A DNA stretch of 60,550 bases, the filler included. It is 4 parts of 4 records of this genome, joined end to end, with 100 filler letters (N's around TTAATTAATTAA, not from the genome) between each part and the next. Parts side by side here need not be neighbours in the genome. Positions count along the whole stretch, not along the records: positions 39,587 to 60,550 come from DRR723986_2413; 3 more parts are not named here. The stretch is one strand, 5' to 3'. Shown here piece after piece: positions 40,817-50,097 of the stretch. The translations under genes and the position numbers were made by a program. The notes beneath the pieces are model-generated. The model saw nothing but the letters and a program-made list of their open reading frames with translations, searched no databases and was not told the DNA's origin. Positions within the stretch are counted from its first letter, which is position 1, and every line of letters starts with the position of its first letter.

Positions 40817-41761
40817 ATGACACCAGGCAAGGCCTATTTATCTACTGAAGAAATCCGCCCTTTGGCCGAACGTTCGGACGCGATGGGGTATTGGTTGGTG
40901 CTGCATTGCTGGGGCACGATTGCTTTGGCGTTGGCTCTGTTTGCGGTTTGGCCCAATCCGCTGACCTTTGTTATTGCGGTGTTGGTGATCGGTTCGCGAC
41001 AGTTGGGACTGGCGATTTTGATGCATGAGGCGGCGCATAATGCACTGTTTAAATCGCGTAAAATCAATGACCTAGTTGGGGAATGGCTGTGTGGCCGCCC
41101 GATCTTGGCCGAGCTTGCGGCCTATCGTCATTATCACCTCACGCACCACCGATTCACCCAGACGGACAAAGACCCGGATCTGGTGTTGTCATCCAAGTTC
41201 CCAACCTCTCACGCGTCATTAAAACGTAAATTTTCCAGAGACTTAACCGGTCAAACCGGGGTCAAACAGCTGATGGGGCAGATCATGATGTCGTTCCAGT
41301 TGGCGGGCGACAAAGACGCGATGGAATCTGCGGCGTCGGACTTTGCCCAGAGCTTTAAGGCCCCGCAGTTGTGGAAGAGCCTCCCGGTTTTTCTGTTTGT
41401 TATCATCGTGATGGGCGCAATCGGCGACTGGTGGTGGGGGCTGGCGTTCTGGCTGCTGCCCTATCTGACATGGTTCCAATTCGTGCTGCGGGTTCGCAAT
41501 ATCGCGGAACATGGCGCGACGGAGCAATCCGAAGACCCACTACAGAATGTGCGGACCACCAAGGCGAACCCCATTGCCCGGTTGTTTGTCGCACCATATT
41601 GGGTGAACTTCCATTTGGAACACCACATGGTGATGCATGTGCCCTGTCACAATCTGCCCAAAATGCACAAAGCGCTGCTGTCCAAAGGGCTAGGCGGGCA
41701 GATGAAGGTGGCGGATGGATATGGTCAGGCCATGCGCGAAGCCGGGTGGCGGTCCGCCTGA
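40817..41761 (+). CDS. membrane fatty acid desaturase family protein
   Basis: His boxes HEAAH, HYHLTHH and HLEHH; GGAGG RBS. Confidence 0.88.
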   Translation: MTPGKAYLSTEEIRPLAERSDAMGYWLVLHCWGTIALALALFAVWPNPLTFVIAVLVIGSRQLGLAILMHEAAHNALFKSRKINDLVGEWLCGRPILAELAAYRHYHLTHHRFTQTDKDPDLVLSSKFPTSHASLKRKFSRDLTGQTGVKQLMGQIMMSFQLAGDKDAMESAASDFAQSFKAPQLWKSLPVFLFVIIVMGAIGDWWWGLAFWLLPYLTWFQFVLRVRNIAEHGATEQSEDPLQNVRTTKANPIARLFVAPYWVNFHLEHHMVMHVPCHNLPKMHKALLSKGLGGQMKVADGYGQAMREAGWRSA

Positions 41762-41864
41762 TTGGGGAGTTCGGGGGTGATTTCGTACGATTTGCCCCCG
41801 CAAAATCCCCGTCGAATCCGGCCGTTTCTGACGTTTTGGGGAGTTTCCCCGTGATTTCGTACAA
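41762..41864. repeat. 29-bp imperfect direct repeat with internal palindromes
   Basis: TTGGGGAGTT-CGGGG-GTGATTTCGTAC-GA at 41762 and TTGGGGAGTT-TCCCC-GTGATTTCGTAC-AA at 41836. Confidence 0.8.
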
Positions 41865-41957
41865 AACCCGTTTCCGAGGGGTTACGCACGGTGCGGCGAG
41901 ACCCTGTTAACCGAATTTTGCGACTCTGCAGCCTCTGATCCCGATCCCGAGGCTGCC

Positions 41958-42215
41958 ATGATCAAGCTGAGTTCCATCACCCATCTGCGCGACAATCTGG
42001 GCAAATTTGTCCACGACGCAGAGTTCCATCACGACCGGTTTCTGATTTTGAAAAATGGACGCGAGGTCGCTGGGCTGGTCCCGGTGCGGGACGTCAAATT
42101 GCTGGACAACGCCGCCAACCGATCGATGGATTACAAAGCCTATCAAGTGGCCGAGGAATTGATGCGGTGGCGGCTCATCAGAGAGGGCATGGAGCGGTTT
42201 GAGCCGCGCGGCTAA
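41958..42215 (+). CDS. Phd/YefM family antitoxin-like protein
   Basis: SITHLRDNLGKFV...ILKNGREVAGLVP N-terminal Phd pattern; GAGG RBS. Confidence 0.75.
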   Translation: MIKLSSITHLRDNLGKFVHDAEFHHDRFLILKNGREVAGLVPVRDVKLLDNAANRSMDYKAYQVAEELMRWRLIREGMERFEPRG

Positions 42216-42239
42216 CCGCGCGCCACCGTTCAGGGTCGG

Positions 42240-42752
42240 TTATTTCTTTTCGAGAAACTGATACGCCTCGAGGATGGTATCGGTGAGCCCGGCAAAAAAG
42301 CCCGCGCCGGTGACATCAATCAGGCCGGTGGCGGGGTGGTCGTCATCCACCGCGTCGTCTTGGGCCGCTTTCACATCATAGAGAGGGGTTGGTGCGCCCA
42401 GCAGTTCGCGGTGGCTTGCGCCTTTGCCGTGTTTCAGCACGTTTGCCGCCAGATAATAGTGGTGCACCCGATCCGCGAGATCGGTTTTGCCCGCATCAAT
42501 CAGCAGGTTTTTCAATTTGCGCGAAAACGGCCCGCGTTTGAAATGGTGCTGCATCTGGGATTCAAAAGCGGAGTAGATATCGACCGTCGCCAGTTCCAGT
42601 GCAACGGTGGCGGCGCGCAGGTCTTCGTGCAGGGAGTCGGACAGAGTTTGCGCAGCGCTAAGTTCGAGGATTTCTGAAATGCGATCTTGGAAAGGTTTCG
42701 CGGTGGCCCGTGCCGATGAAACCCGGTCAGGTACGTTCTGTGTGGTGTCCAT
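42240..42752 (-). CDS. hypothetical helical protein
   Basis: AGGAGA RBS; 170-aa ORF with normal codon usage; ANVLKHG motif. Confidence 0.75.
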   Translation of the reverse strand: MDTTQNVPDRVSSARATAKPFQDRISEILELSAAQTLSDSLHEDLRAATVALELATVDIYSAFESQMQHHFKRGPFSRKLKNLLIDAGKTDLADRVHHYYLAANVLKHGKGASHRELLGAPTPLYDVKAAQDDAVDDDHPATGLIDVTGAGFFAGLTDTILEAYQFLEKK

Positions 42753-43153
42753 CGGTCAATCTCTCCTACAAGTGCCCCCCATCCCATACGCGATGCGGCT
42801 GGGAATGATAGGGGGATGTGGCGAAATTTGGGGCTGAACCCACGGATTATGGCGTCTGGTATCGAGAGGATTTGGCATTTTCCGTCAGAAGACCGGATCG
42901 ACGGTAAGGTTTTGCCATGAGGAAAGGACACAATCCTTAAGAAAAAGTAAACAAAGGGTTCTTGGACGGGACCAAGCGTCCTAACTTGATCAGTGACACG
43001 TTAGGCGTAGGGCTATGCCGTTCTGGAATCCGCTGTTTGATCGCCTGTAAAAACCTATGTTTGAGGCCCCAAAGAATACAGTATTCTGCCCTGCACCTGA
43101 GCAATCGACCGAATGACTAGAGTTTCACAAAAACACGATGAGTTGGATATCAG

Positions 43154-43825
43154 ATGAATGAGCGTCGTCTTCTGGGTAAGATAGATAAAAGCGCATACAA
43201 ACTGAGCGTTTATCAAATTTTGCGCGAACGCTCGATCCTTGAATCCGCAGATTATATTGAGCAGCACCTTGATACAGCAATGATCTTTGATCAGGCGCCA
43301 AAGCTTTGGAGCTATGCCGCTAGATCTGCGCATTTGGATGAAGGTTTGATCCTTGAATTTGGTGTTTTCAAAGGGAAATCCATCAATCATTTCGCAAGGT
43401 TGCTGCCTGATCAAAACGTACACGGGTTTGACAGTTTTGAGGGCTTGGCTGAGGATTGGAAGGGCTATCACTTGCCAAAAGGTGCATTCGATCTGGGCGG
43501 CAATATGCCAAAGGTCGAAAGCAATGTAACGCTGCACAAAGGGTGGTTTGAGAATACCCTCCCGTCTTTTTTGGAAGACAGGCCTGAGCCTATCCGCTTG
43601 TGCCACATTGATTGTGATACTTACGAAAGTGCGCTGTACGTTCTCGACCGCCTGGCTGACCGCTTGGTCAAAGGAAGCATCGTGGTCTTTGACGAGTACC
43701 ACGGATACCCGAACTGGAAAAACGGTGAATTCAAGGCTTGGCAGTCGGTTTGCAACGGGGATGCCAGCCTGAAATATCGGTATATCGCGTTTTCTGACAT
43801 GCAGGTTGCCGTAGAAATCCTCTGA
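43154..43825 (+). CDS. TylF/MycF-like class I SAM-dependent methyltransferase
   Basis: LEFGVFKG, GFDSFEGL, KGWFENTL, HIDCDTY and VFDEY. Confidence 0.88.
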   Translation: MNERRLLGKIDKSAYKLSVYQILRERSILESADYIEQHLDTAMIFDQAPKLWSYAARSAHLDEGLILEFGVFKGKSINHFARLLPDQNVHGFDSFEGLAEDWKGYHLPKGAFDLGGNMPKVESNVTLHKGWFENTLPSFLEDRPEPIRLCHIDCDTYESALYVLDRLADRLVKGSIVVFDEYHGYPNWKNGEFKAWQSVCNGDASLKYRYIAFSDMQVAVEIL

Positions 43826-43862
43826 CTTGTTTCGGCTGTTTCGGCATTGTGGTTAAGGTCAG

Positions 43863-43891
43863 CAAACCCCGCCTTTTTGTGACGGGGTTTG
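43863..43891. terminator. terminator between convergent methyltransferase and cysK
   Basis: CAAACCCCG...CGGGGTTTG 9-bp stem. Confidence 0.7.
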
Positions 43892-43917
43892 TGGGGTTTC
43901 AGGTCTGGTGTTTGGGA

Positions 43918-44985
43918 TCAGAGCTGGGCCGAGGGGGTTGAGAGGGAGATCGCTTGTTCGTCTGCGCTCATACCCTCGGGGATGTCCTCGAACAGGGGGG
44001 TGGAGAGGTAGCGTTCGCCGGTGTCGGGCAGCATCACGAGGATATTGGCCCCTTCGGGCGCGGTTTCAGCGATCTGCATGGCGGCGGCAAAGGTCGCGCC
44101 GGCTGAGATGCCGGTAAAGATCCCCTCTTCTGCCGCGAGGCGTTTGGACCATGCGATGCCATCGGGGCCGGGCACGGGCAGCAGGGCGTCGTGGTATTTG
44201 TTGTCCAGCGTTTCCTGCAACACGTGAGGAATGAAATCCGGAGTCCAGCCTTGGATCGGATGGGGCTGAAAGGCCGGGTGGCTTTCGGTGGCTTGGTTTT
44301 GGGCGTTGCGCGGGGTGGTTTGCCCTGAGCCGATCAGGGCTGCGTTGGCGGGTTCGGCGAGGATGATCTTGGTCTCGGGGCGGGTTTGTTTCAGCACCCG
44401 ACCAACGCCAGAGACGGTGCCGCCGGTGCCATAGCCGGTGACCCAGTAATCCAGCCGCTGGCCTTTGAAATCCGCAAGGATTTCGCGGGCGGTGGTGTGT
44501 GCGTGAATGTCGGCATTGTCTGTGGTTTCGAACTGACTGGCGAGGAACCAGCCGTTGGCCTCGGCGAGTTCCTTGGCCTTGTTGTACATGCCCATGCCTT
44601 TGAGCGCCTTGGGGGTCAGGACCACTTTGGCGCCAAAGAAGCGCATCAGGCGGCGGCGTTCGATGGAAAAGCTGTCGGCCATGGTGATGACCAGCGGATA
44701 CCCTTTGGCGGCGCAGATCATGGCAAGACCAATGCCGGTGTTGCCAGAGGTTGCCTCGACCACAGTTTGGCCGGGGCGCAGGCGTCCATCGCGTTCGGCG
44801 GCCTCAATGATGTTGAGGGCGAGACGATCCTTGACCGAGCCACCGGGGTTGGCGGATTCGGTTTTCACAAAGACATTCACATGCTTGGGCGCGATGCGGT
44901 TGATCTGGATGGTGGGGGTGTTGCCGATGGTATCCAGCACACTGTCAAAACGGTGGCCGAGGCCATTGGTGGTTCTAATGGACAT
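43918..44985 (-). CDS. cysK: cysteine synthase A
   Basis: IGNTP, NPGGSVKDR (PLP Lys), EATSGNTG, GTGGT and PDTGERYLST. Confidence 0.93.
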   Translation of the reverse strand: MSIRTTNGLGHRFDSVLDTIGNTPTIQINRIAPKHVNVFVKTESANPGGSVKDRLALNIIEAAERDGRLRPGQTVVEATSGNTGIGLAMICAAKGYPLVITMADSFSIERRRLMRFFGAKVVLTPKALKGMGMYNKAKELAEANGWFLASQFETTDNADIHAHTTAREILADFKGQRLDYWVTGYGTGGTVSGVGRVLKQTRPETKIILAEPANAALIGSGQTTPRNAQNQATESHPAFQPHPIQGWTPDFIPHVLQETLDNKYHDALLPVPGPDGIAWSKRLAAEEGIFTGISAGATFAAAMQIAETAPEGANILVMLPDTGERYLSTPLFEDIPEGMSADEQAISLSTPSAQL

Positions 44986-45299
44986 TTGAAACGCTCCGCT
45001 CGGAAAAAGGGAATTGCCTATATTCTAGGCACAAGCCGCGGGCGGCGCTAGTCTGCGGAAGGTCGCGACCGGGGTATTGAGAGGATTAGGGACAACATCC
45101 AGAATCAGCCAAGTCAGGTTGGCCGTTCTTCTGTGGGAGAGACGTTTGGGGCAACGAATGTGTCTACTAAAGAGATAAACAGGAACACAGTGTGCGAAAA
45201 GGTCAGCCAGCGCCCATCGCCTTGGGATAACCTTCTGGGTTGCAATGCCTTCGTTTTATTTATCTACAGTGCCTCATAAAATTTAAAGAGGACCTTTGC

Positions 45300-45557
45300 A
45301 TGAAACTCCCCCCAATGACGCTGTGCACCTTTGCCCTTTTGGCGGCATGTTCAACCGTGCCCGACGCCGATGCAATGAATATAGATTATAAAAAGGATGG
45401 CGCGTTTTCCGGCAGTGCTGGGGCGTCATGGACGGCTGAGGACATCAAAGGCAATGCTCTGGTTGATATCTGCAAAGGCACCCAGAAATTGACTGATTTC
45501 AAAATCGCCCGTGACGCGAATGGCACCGCAACGTTTAGCGGGAAATGTACCGCGTAA
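45300..45557 (+). CDS. small lipoprotein
   Basis: GAGGA RBS; LAAC lipobox; two further Cys. Confidence 0.7.
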   Translation: MKLPPMTLCTFALLAACSTVPDADAMNIDYKKDGAFSGSAGASWTAEDIKGNALVDICKGTQKLTDFKIARDANGTATFSGKCTA

Positions 45558-45578
45558 GGTGCATTTCGAAAGAATAGG

Positions 45579-45607
45579 TCTGGCCCGGCATACCGGGGCC
45601 AGATTTT
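45579..45607 (+). terminator. intrinsic terminator between the lipoprotein gene and hemF
   Basis: TCTGGCCC...GGGCCAGA stem followed by TTTT. Confidence 0.65.
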
Positions 45608-45620
45608 AGACCCACTTGTT

Positions 45621-46514
45621 TTAAACCCACTTGGCCATGGGCGGCAGGCTCATCAAGACGGCGTTGGCGTCGTGGCCGGTTTCAAGGCCGAATTTGGTGC
45701 CGCGATCATAGACGAGGTTGTATTCGGCGTAGAGGCCGCGATGCACCAGTTGCGCGTCTTTGTCGGCATCGGACCAATCCTGAACCCGGCGTTTTTCGAT
45801 CAGGGGGACAAAGGCGGGCAAGAAGGCGCGGCCAATATCCTGCGTCAGGGCGAAATCATTGGCCCAATCATCGGTGCAATAGTCATCCATGAAGATGCCC
45901 CCGACGCCGCGCGCGCGATTGCGGTGCGGGATGTAGAAATATTCGTCGGCCCAGTCTTTGAGGCGCGGGTAATGCGCCAGCCCGTGCGGGTCGAGGTGGG
46001 CTTTTTGCGTGGCGTGGAAATGCGCCGTGTCTTCGTCATATTCGATGCAGGGGTTCAGGTCTGAACCGCCGCCGAACCACCATGCGTGTGGGGTCCAGAA
46101 CATGCGGGTGTTCATGTGGACCGCAGGGGCGTGCGGGTTTTGCATATGCGCCACCAGCGAAATGCCCGAGGCCCAGAACCGCGGGTCGTCTTTCATGCCG
46201 GGGATGCCCTTGCGCGCGGCCATGGCGTTTTGGGCGCGTTCGCCCAGGGTGCCGTGCACCTCGGATACGTTCACGCCAACCTTTTCGAACACCCGCCCGC
46301 CGCGCATGACGGACATCAACCCGCCGCCCGCGTCAGAGCCATCATCCGAGGCGCGTTTGGTTGTTGTGACTTCGAACCGGCCCGGTTCTGCGTCGGACAG
46401 GGGGCCGGTGGCATGGCTGTCTTCGAGTGCCTCAAAGGCGGCCACAATGTCATCGCGCAACTGGCGGAACCATGCGGCGGCGGTGGCTTTTTCGGTTTCC
46501 ATGGGCGCGGTCAT
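45621..46514 (-). CDS. hemF: oxygen-dependent coproporphyrinogen III oxidase
   Basis: FEKVGVNVS, HMNTR, WWFGGGSDL, RGVGGIF and EYNLVYDRGTKFGL. Confidence 0.96.
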   Translation of the reverse strand: MTAPMETEKATAAAWFRQLRDDIVAAFEALEDSHATGPLSDAEPGRFEVTTTKRASDDGSDAGGGLMSVMRGGRVFEKVGVNVSEVHGTLGERAQNAMAARKGIPGMKDDPRFWASGISLVAHMQNPHAPAVHMNTRMFWTPHAWWFGGGSDLNPCIEYDEDTAHFHATQKAHLDPHGLAHYPRLKDWADEYFYIPHRNRARGVGGIFMDDYCTDDWANDFALTQDIGRAFLPAFVPLIEKRRVQDWSDADKDAQLVHRGLYAEYNLVYDRGTKFGLETGHDANAVLMSLPPMAKWV

Positions 46515-46536
46515 GTGCGGTCCTTTTGGCAGGAGA

Positions 46537-47340
46537 TTAGTGGGCTGGCGCGGCGACGGGGTCCAGCAGGGTGCGCCCGCCGTCCAGTGTCATGATCTGC
46601 CCGGTCATAAAGCCCGACGCGTCCGAGGCCAGAAACTGTGCGGTTTCGGTCAGTTCGGTTGGCGAGGCGATGCGCGACAGGGGCGTGTGATTTTCGATGT
46701 CAGTGCGAAATTCACGGTTGTCTTTGAGCGTGGATTTGAGCGAGGCGCTCATCACTGATCCAATCGCGATGGAATTGACCCGGATGCGGTTGGGGGCAAG
46801 GGCCACAGCCAGCGAGCGGGTCATCTGATCCAGTGCCGCCGTTGAGACGGAATAGGCCATCAGATCGGGATGCGTGCGCCGCGCGGCAATAGAAGAGAGG
46901 TTGATGATCGACCCGGCGGGGGACTCATCTTCGTCGTCTTTGGACTGTTTAATCATGCGCTTGGCCACCAGTTGGCTGAGGCGCAGGGCGGGCATCAGGT
47001 TCTGGTTCAGCAGTTTGGTGACCGAGTCGTCATCGGTATCCAGCGGATCAGAGGGCACAACCTGACGCGAGCCGTTGACCAGAATGTCGACTTCGTCGAA
47101 GGCATCGAGGGTGGCGGACAGCAAGTTGGCAATGGTCAGCTTTTCGCGCAGATCGCCGGCGAAATAGCGAATGTTGCCTTCGTCCGCTTGTTCGCCCAGC
47201 TCGGCGATCAGCCGCTTTTCGTCCATATCCGCAAACATCACGTTCGCGCCTTTTTCAACAAAATGACGCCCAATGGCGAGGCCGATGCCATTGGCGGCCC
47301 CGGTCACGATGGCGGTTTTACCAGCGATGGAAAAAGACAT
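46537..47340 (-). CDS. SDR family oxidoreductase
   Basis: TGAANGIG, INLSS, IRVNSI and FMTGQ..LDGG. Confidence 0.9.
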   Translation of the reverse strand: MSFSIAGKTAIVTGAANGIGLAIGRHFVEKGANVMFADMDEKRLIAELGEQADEGNIRYFAGDLREKLTIANLLSATLDAFDEVDILVNGSRQVVPSDPLDTDDDSVTKLLNQNLMPALRLSQLVAKRMIKQSKDDEDESPAGSIINLSSIAARRTHPDLMAYSVSTAALDQMTRSLAVALAPNRIRVNSIAIGSVMSASLKSTLKDNREFRTDIENHTPLSRIASPTELTETAQFLASDASGFMTGQIMTLDGGRTLLDPVAAPAH

Positions 47341-47380
47341 TGCGGTCTCCGTCTGTGTTTGAGGCGCAGGTTAGCGGGGA

Positions 47381-48358
47381 TCAGCGACGCTTGCGAGTGG
47401 GTCGTTGTGCCCGCAGCACCTTGAACCGATTGTCACCGGCGGTTTCTTGCACAGAGGCGAAATGTTGCCCCAACACCGTTTCGTACGGCAGGTGGCGATT
47501 GGCCACCAGCCAGAGCGTGCCCGAGGTGGTCAGGATACGGGCGGCGGTTTGGATAAAGCCCTGCCCCAGCGTCGGTTCGGCCGCGCGCGAGGTGTGGAAC
47601 GGTGGGTTCATCACCACGGTGTTGAATTGTTCCTTGGACTGCCATGTCAGCGCATCGGCCCAGTGGAACCGGGCGCGGTCATCTGAAATGTTGGCCTGTG
47701 CGCAGGTTAGGGCGGCATGATCTGCCTCGACCAAATCCACAGACTCGATTTTTGGATCTTGCAGCAGGCGCGCCGACAGAAAGCCCCATCCGGCGCCCAG
47801 ATCAGCCACGCGGGTGCCGAGTTTCTGCGGCAGGGCGTCGATCAACAGGGCGGATGCCGGGTCGATGCCATCTGCGGAAAAGACGCCGGGCGCGGTGTGA
47901 AAGCCATCAACGATCTGTTCGCTGGGGGCGACCCAATCAGCGACGGCCTCTGGGTTCGATTGGAACCAGAAAATCTTACCATGCGCTTTGGACATGGGGC
48001 CAAAGATGTCGACGCGCTTGCGCAGTTCCTTGAGGATGCTGTCGATGCCGTCGGTTTTGGCGCCATCAATCACCACCAACCCCGAGCACCGCTGACAGGC
48101 GGCAGCCACAGCAGCGCGGGCCTGTGCCTTGGCGCGGGGCAGGAACACCACGGCCGTATCGCAGGGTGCGGTTGTTTCAGGCACACAGGCAAAACCCAGC
48201 GACGCGAAATGGTCGTGGAACGGTTTGAACGGCTGCACCACCTCTGCCGATTTGGGCAGGGCGCTGAGGTCGTGATCAGGTGTGGGCAGCAAAACCGAGG
48301 GTACCCCGGACAGCTGTAGGTCGCCCGAATCGAGCGCCAGTGTCAGACGGACGGACAT
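47381..48358 (-). CDS. RsmC-like class I SAM methyltransferase
   Basis: PGVFSADGID, DLGAGWG, NPPFH and LVANRHLPY. Confidence 0.85.
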   Translation of the reverse strand: MSVRLTLALDSGDLQLSGVPSVLLPTPDHDLSALPKSAEVVQPFKPFHDHFASLGFACVPETTAPCDTAVVFLPRAKAQARAAVAAACQRCSGLVVIDGAKTDGIDSILKELRKRVDIFGPMSKAHGKIFWFQSNPEAVADWVAPSEQIVDGFHTAPGVFSADGIDPASALLIDALPQKLGTRVADLGAGWGFLSARLLQDPKIESVDLVEADHAALTCAQANISDDRARFHWADALTWQSKEQFNTVVMNPPFHTSRAAEPTLGQGFIQTAARILTTSGTLWLVANRHLPYETVLGQHFASVQETAGDNRFKVLRAQRPTRKRR

Positions 48359-48365
48359 GTGTCCC

Positions 48366-48707
48366 CTATTCTTCTCGTTCCATGGTGCATTGTAGCGGGT
48401 GCTGGTGGCGACGGGCGAAATCCATCACCTGACCCACTTTGGTTTCAGCGATTTCGTGGCTGAAGACGCCAACAATCGCGAGACCTTTTTTGTGCACAAC
48501 GAGCATAATTTCAAAAGATTCAGCGTGATTCAGGCCAAAGAACCGTTCCAGAACGTGCACCACGAACTCCATCGGGGTGTAATCGTCGTTGAGCAACATG
48601 ACCTTGTACAGCGGCGGGCGCTGGGTCTTGGGGCGCGTTGCCGTAATGACAGAGGTATCGCCGTCGTCGTCCGATTTGTCCGACATCATGAGGGGCTGTA
48701 GCAGCAT
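48366..48707 (-). CDS. clpS: ATP-dependent Clp protease adaptor
   Basis: [16 protein letters not shown]...HPLQCTME. Confidence 0.97.
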   Translation of the reverse strand: MLLQPLMMSDKSDDDGDTSVITATRPKTQRPPLYKVMLLNDDYTPMEFVVHVLERFFGLNHAESFEIMLVVHKKGLAIVGVFSHEIAETKVGQVMDFARRHQHPLQCTMEREE

Positions 48708-48800
48708 CGTGCAGAAATATCCGGTTTGAACTTTGGTTTAATCTTGGGCCTTATATAGCGCTCGGGGACGAATATAAAAGAGAAAGCGCACAAGGCTCAA

Positions 48801-49502
48801 ATGGGACGTAATCTGACCACTGTTGGCTTTGATGCTGATGACACGTTGTGGCACAACGAACGGTTCTTTCGTCTGACGCAGGATCGGTTCGCGGGTTTGC
48901 TGGCGGATCACGCCGCGCCCGAGCATTTGGCGGAGCGGTTGCTGGCGGCAGAGCGTAAGAATATCGGGCATTATGGGTATGGGATGAAGGGGTTCGTTCT
49001 GTCGATGATCGAGACCGCCATTGAGGTCACCGAGGATCGGGTGCCGGCCGCCGTGATCCGGGAGTTGATCGAAGCGGGGCAGGATATGCTGGCCCATCCG
49101 ATTGAGTTGCTGCCCCATGCTCAGCAGGCGGTCGAAGCGGTGGCGGACAGTCATCGGGTGATTTTGGTCACCAAGGGCGATTTGATTGATCAGGAACGCA
49201 AGCTGGCCCAGTCTGGCTTGGGTGATCTGTTTGATGGTGTTGAGATCGTGTCGGAAAAGACCGACGCGGTCTATCGCACGGTGTTTGCGCGCCACGGCGA
49301 TGGGGCCGAACGGGCAATGATGGTGGGCAATTCGATGCGATCGGATGTGGTGCCCGCGATTCAAGCCGGGGGCTGGGGGGTCTATGTGCCCCATGGCATG
49401 GTCTGGGAGATCGAACATGCAGAGCCCCCCACCCATGCGCCGAGATATCACGAGCTGGCCGATTTGGGCGGTTTGGCGGATCTGGTCTGCGATTTGGGGT
49501 GA
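48801..49502 (+). CDS. HAD family hydrolase
   Basis: FDADDTLW, VTKGD and MVGNSMRSD. Confidence 0.9.
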   Translation: MGRNLTTVGFDADDTLWHNERFFRLTQDRFAGLLADHAAPEHLAERLLAAERKNIGHYGYGMKGFVLSMIETAIEVTEDRVPAAVIRELIEAGQDMLAHPIELLPHAQQAVEAVADSHRVILVTKGDLIDQERKLAQSGLGDLFDGVEIVSEKTDAVYRTVFARHGDGAERAMMVGNSMRSDVVPAIQAGGWGVYVPHGMVWEIEHAEPPTHAPRYHELADLGGLADLVCDLG

Positions 49503-49557
49503 CTTGCGGCTTGGTCGGTTTCTTGGGTAGGCACGTGGTTATAGAGGAGAGATTTAC

Positions 49558-49890
49558 ATGCCCCATGCAGAGATAAAGTATTCCGAAGACTTGATGATTG
49601 ATGCCCCGGTCATTCTGGCCGAGATCGAGCAGGTCATTCTGCGCAACGATGGCGGGTCTGGGGAGTGCAAGGGGCGCGCCTATCCCGCGCTGCAGTATCA
49701 CCACACCCACATGTTGGTGACGATTTCGATGCTGACCAAGGCGCACCGGGATGCTGCATTTACGCAAAAGCTGATGGCGGATCTGGAATCCGCGGTTCGG
49801 GCGCAGATCAGTCAAAAGTGTTTTTTCTCGTTGGGGATCAACTACACAACCGAGTCTTATCTGACCACCGAACACGACCCTAAAGTGTGA
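49558..49890 (+). CDS. 5-carboxymethyl-2-hydroxymuconate isomerase/tautomerase-like protein
   Basis: N-terminal MPH..I.YS with catalytic Pro; GAGGAG RBS. Confidence 0.7.
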   Translation: MPHAEIKYSEDLMIDAPVILAEIEQVILRNDGGSGECKGRAYPALQYHHTHMLVTISMLTKAHRDAAFTQKLMADLESAVRAQISQKCFFSLGINYTTESYLTTEHDPKV

Positions 49891-50097
49891 TCCACATCAC
49901 GCCACAGTTTTGCCACAATCGCCGGTTTAGGGGGGCACCTTGAGCGTCCCCCTAAATATAGACATATCAAACTCGAGTTTTCGATAAAGGCCCACAACCT
50001 ACGGGTTTATTTTGAGGAAATGCTGTGTTAGCCTGTGGGTAATAATTCCAGAGTCAGCCGGAAAATCGGCGGCCAGAGGCAGACAGAGGCAATCATC

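Noticed and set aside
41762-41864. Possible mini-CRISPR (two 29-bp repeats with a 45-bp spacer)
   Set aside because: Only two copies with 6 mismatches, and no cas genes or leader; kept as a generic repeat
42937-42951. TTAA-N7-TAAA near-match to the CtrA box
   Set aside because: One mismatch in an AT-rich stretch and no cell-cycle gene context
43113-43157. 14-codon ORF overlapping the methyltransferase start
   Set aside because: No RBS or recognisable homology; cannot distinguish from chance
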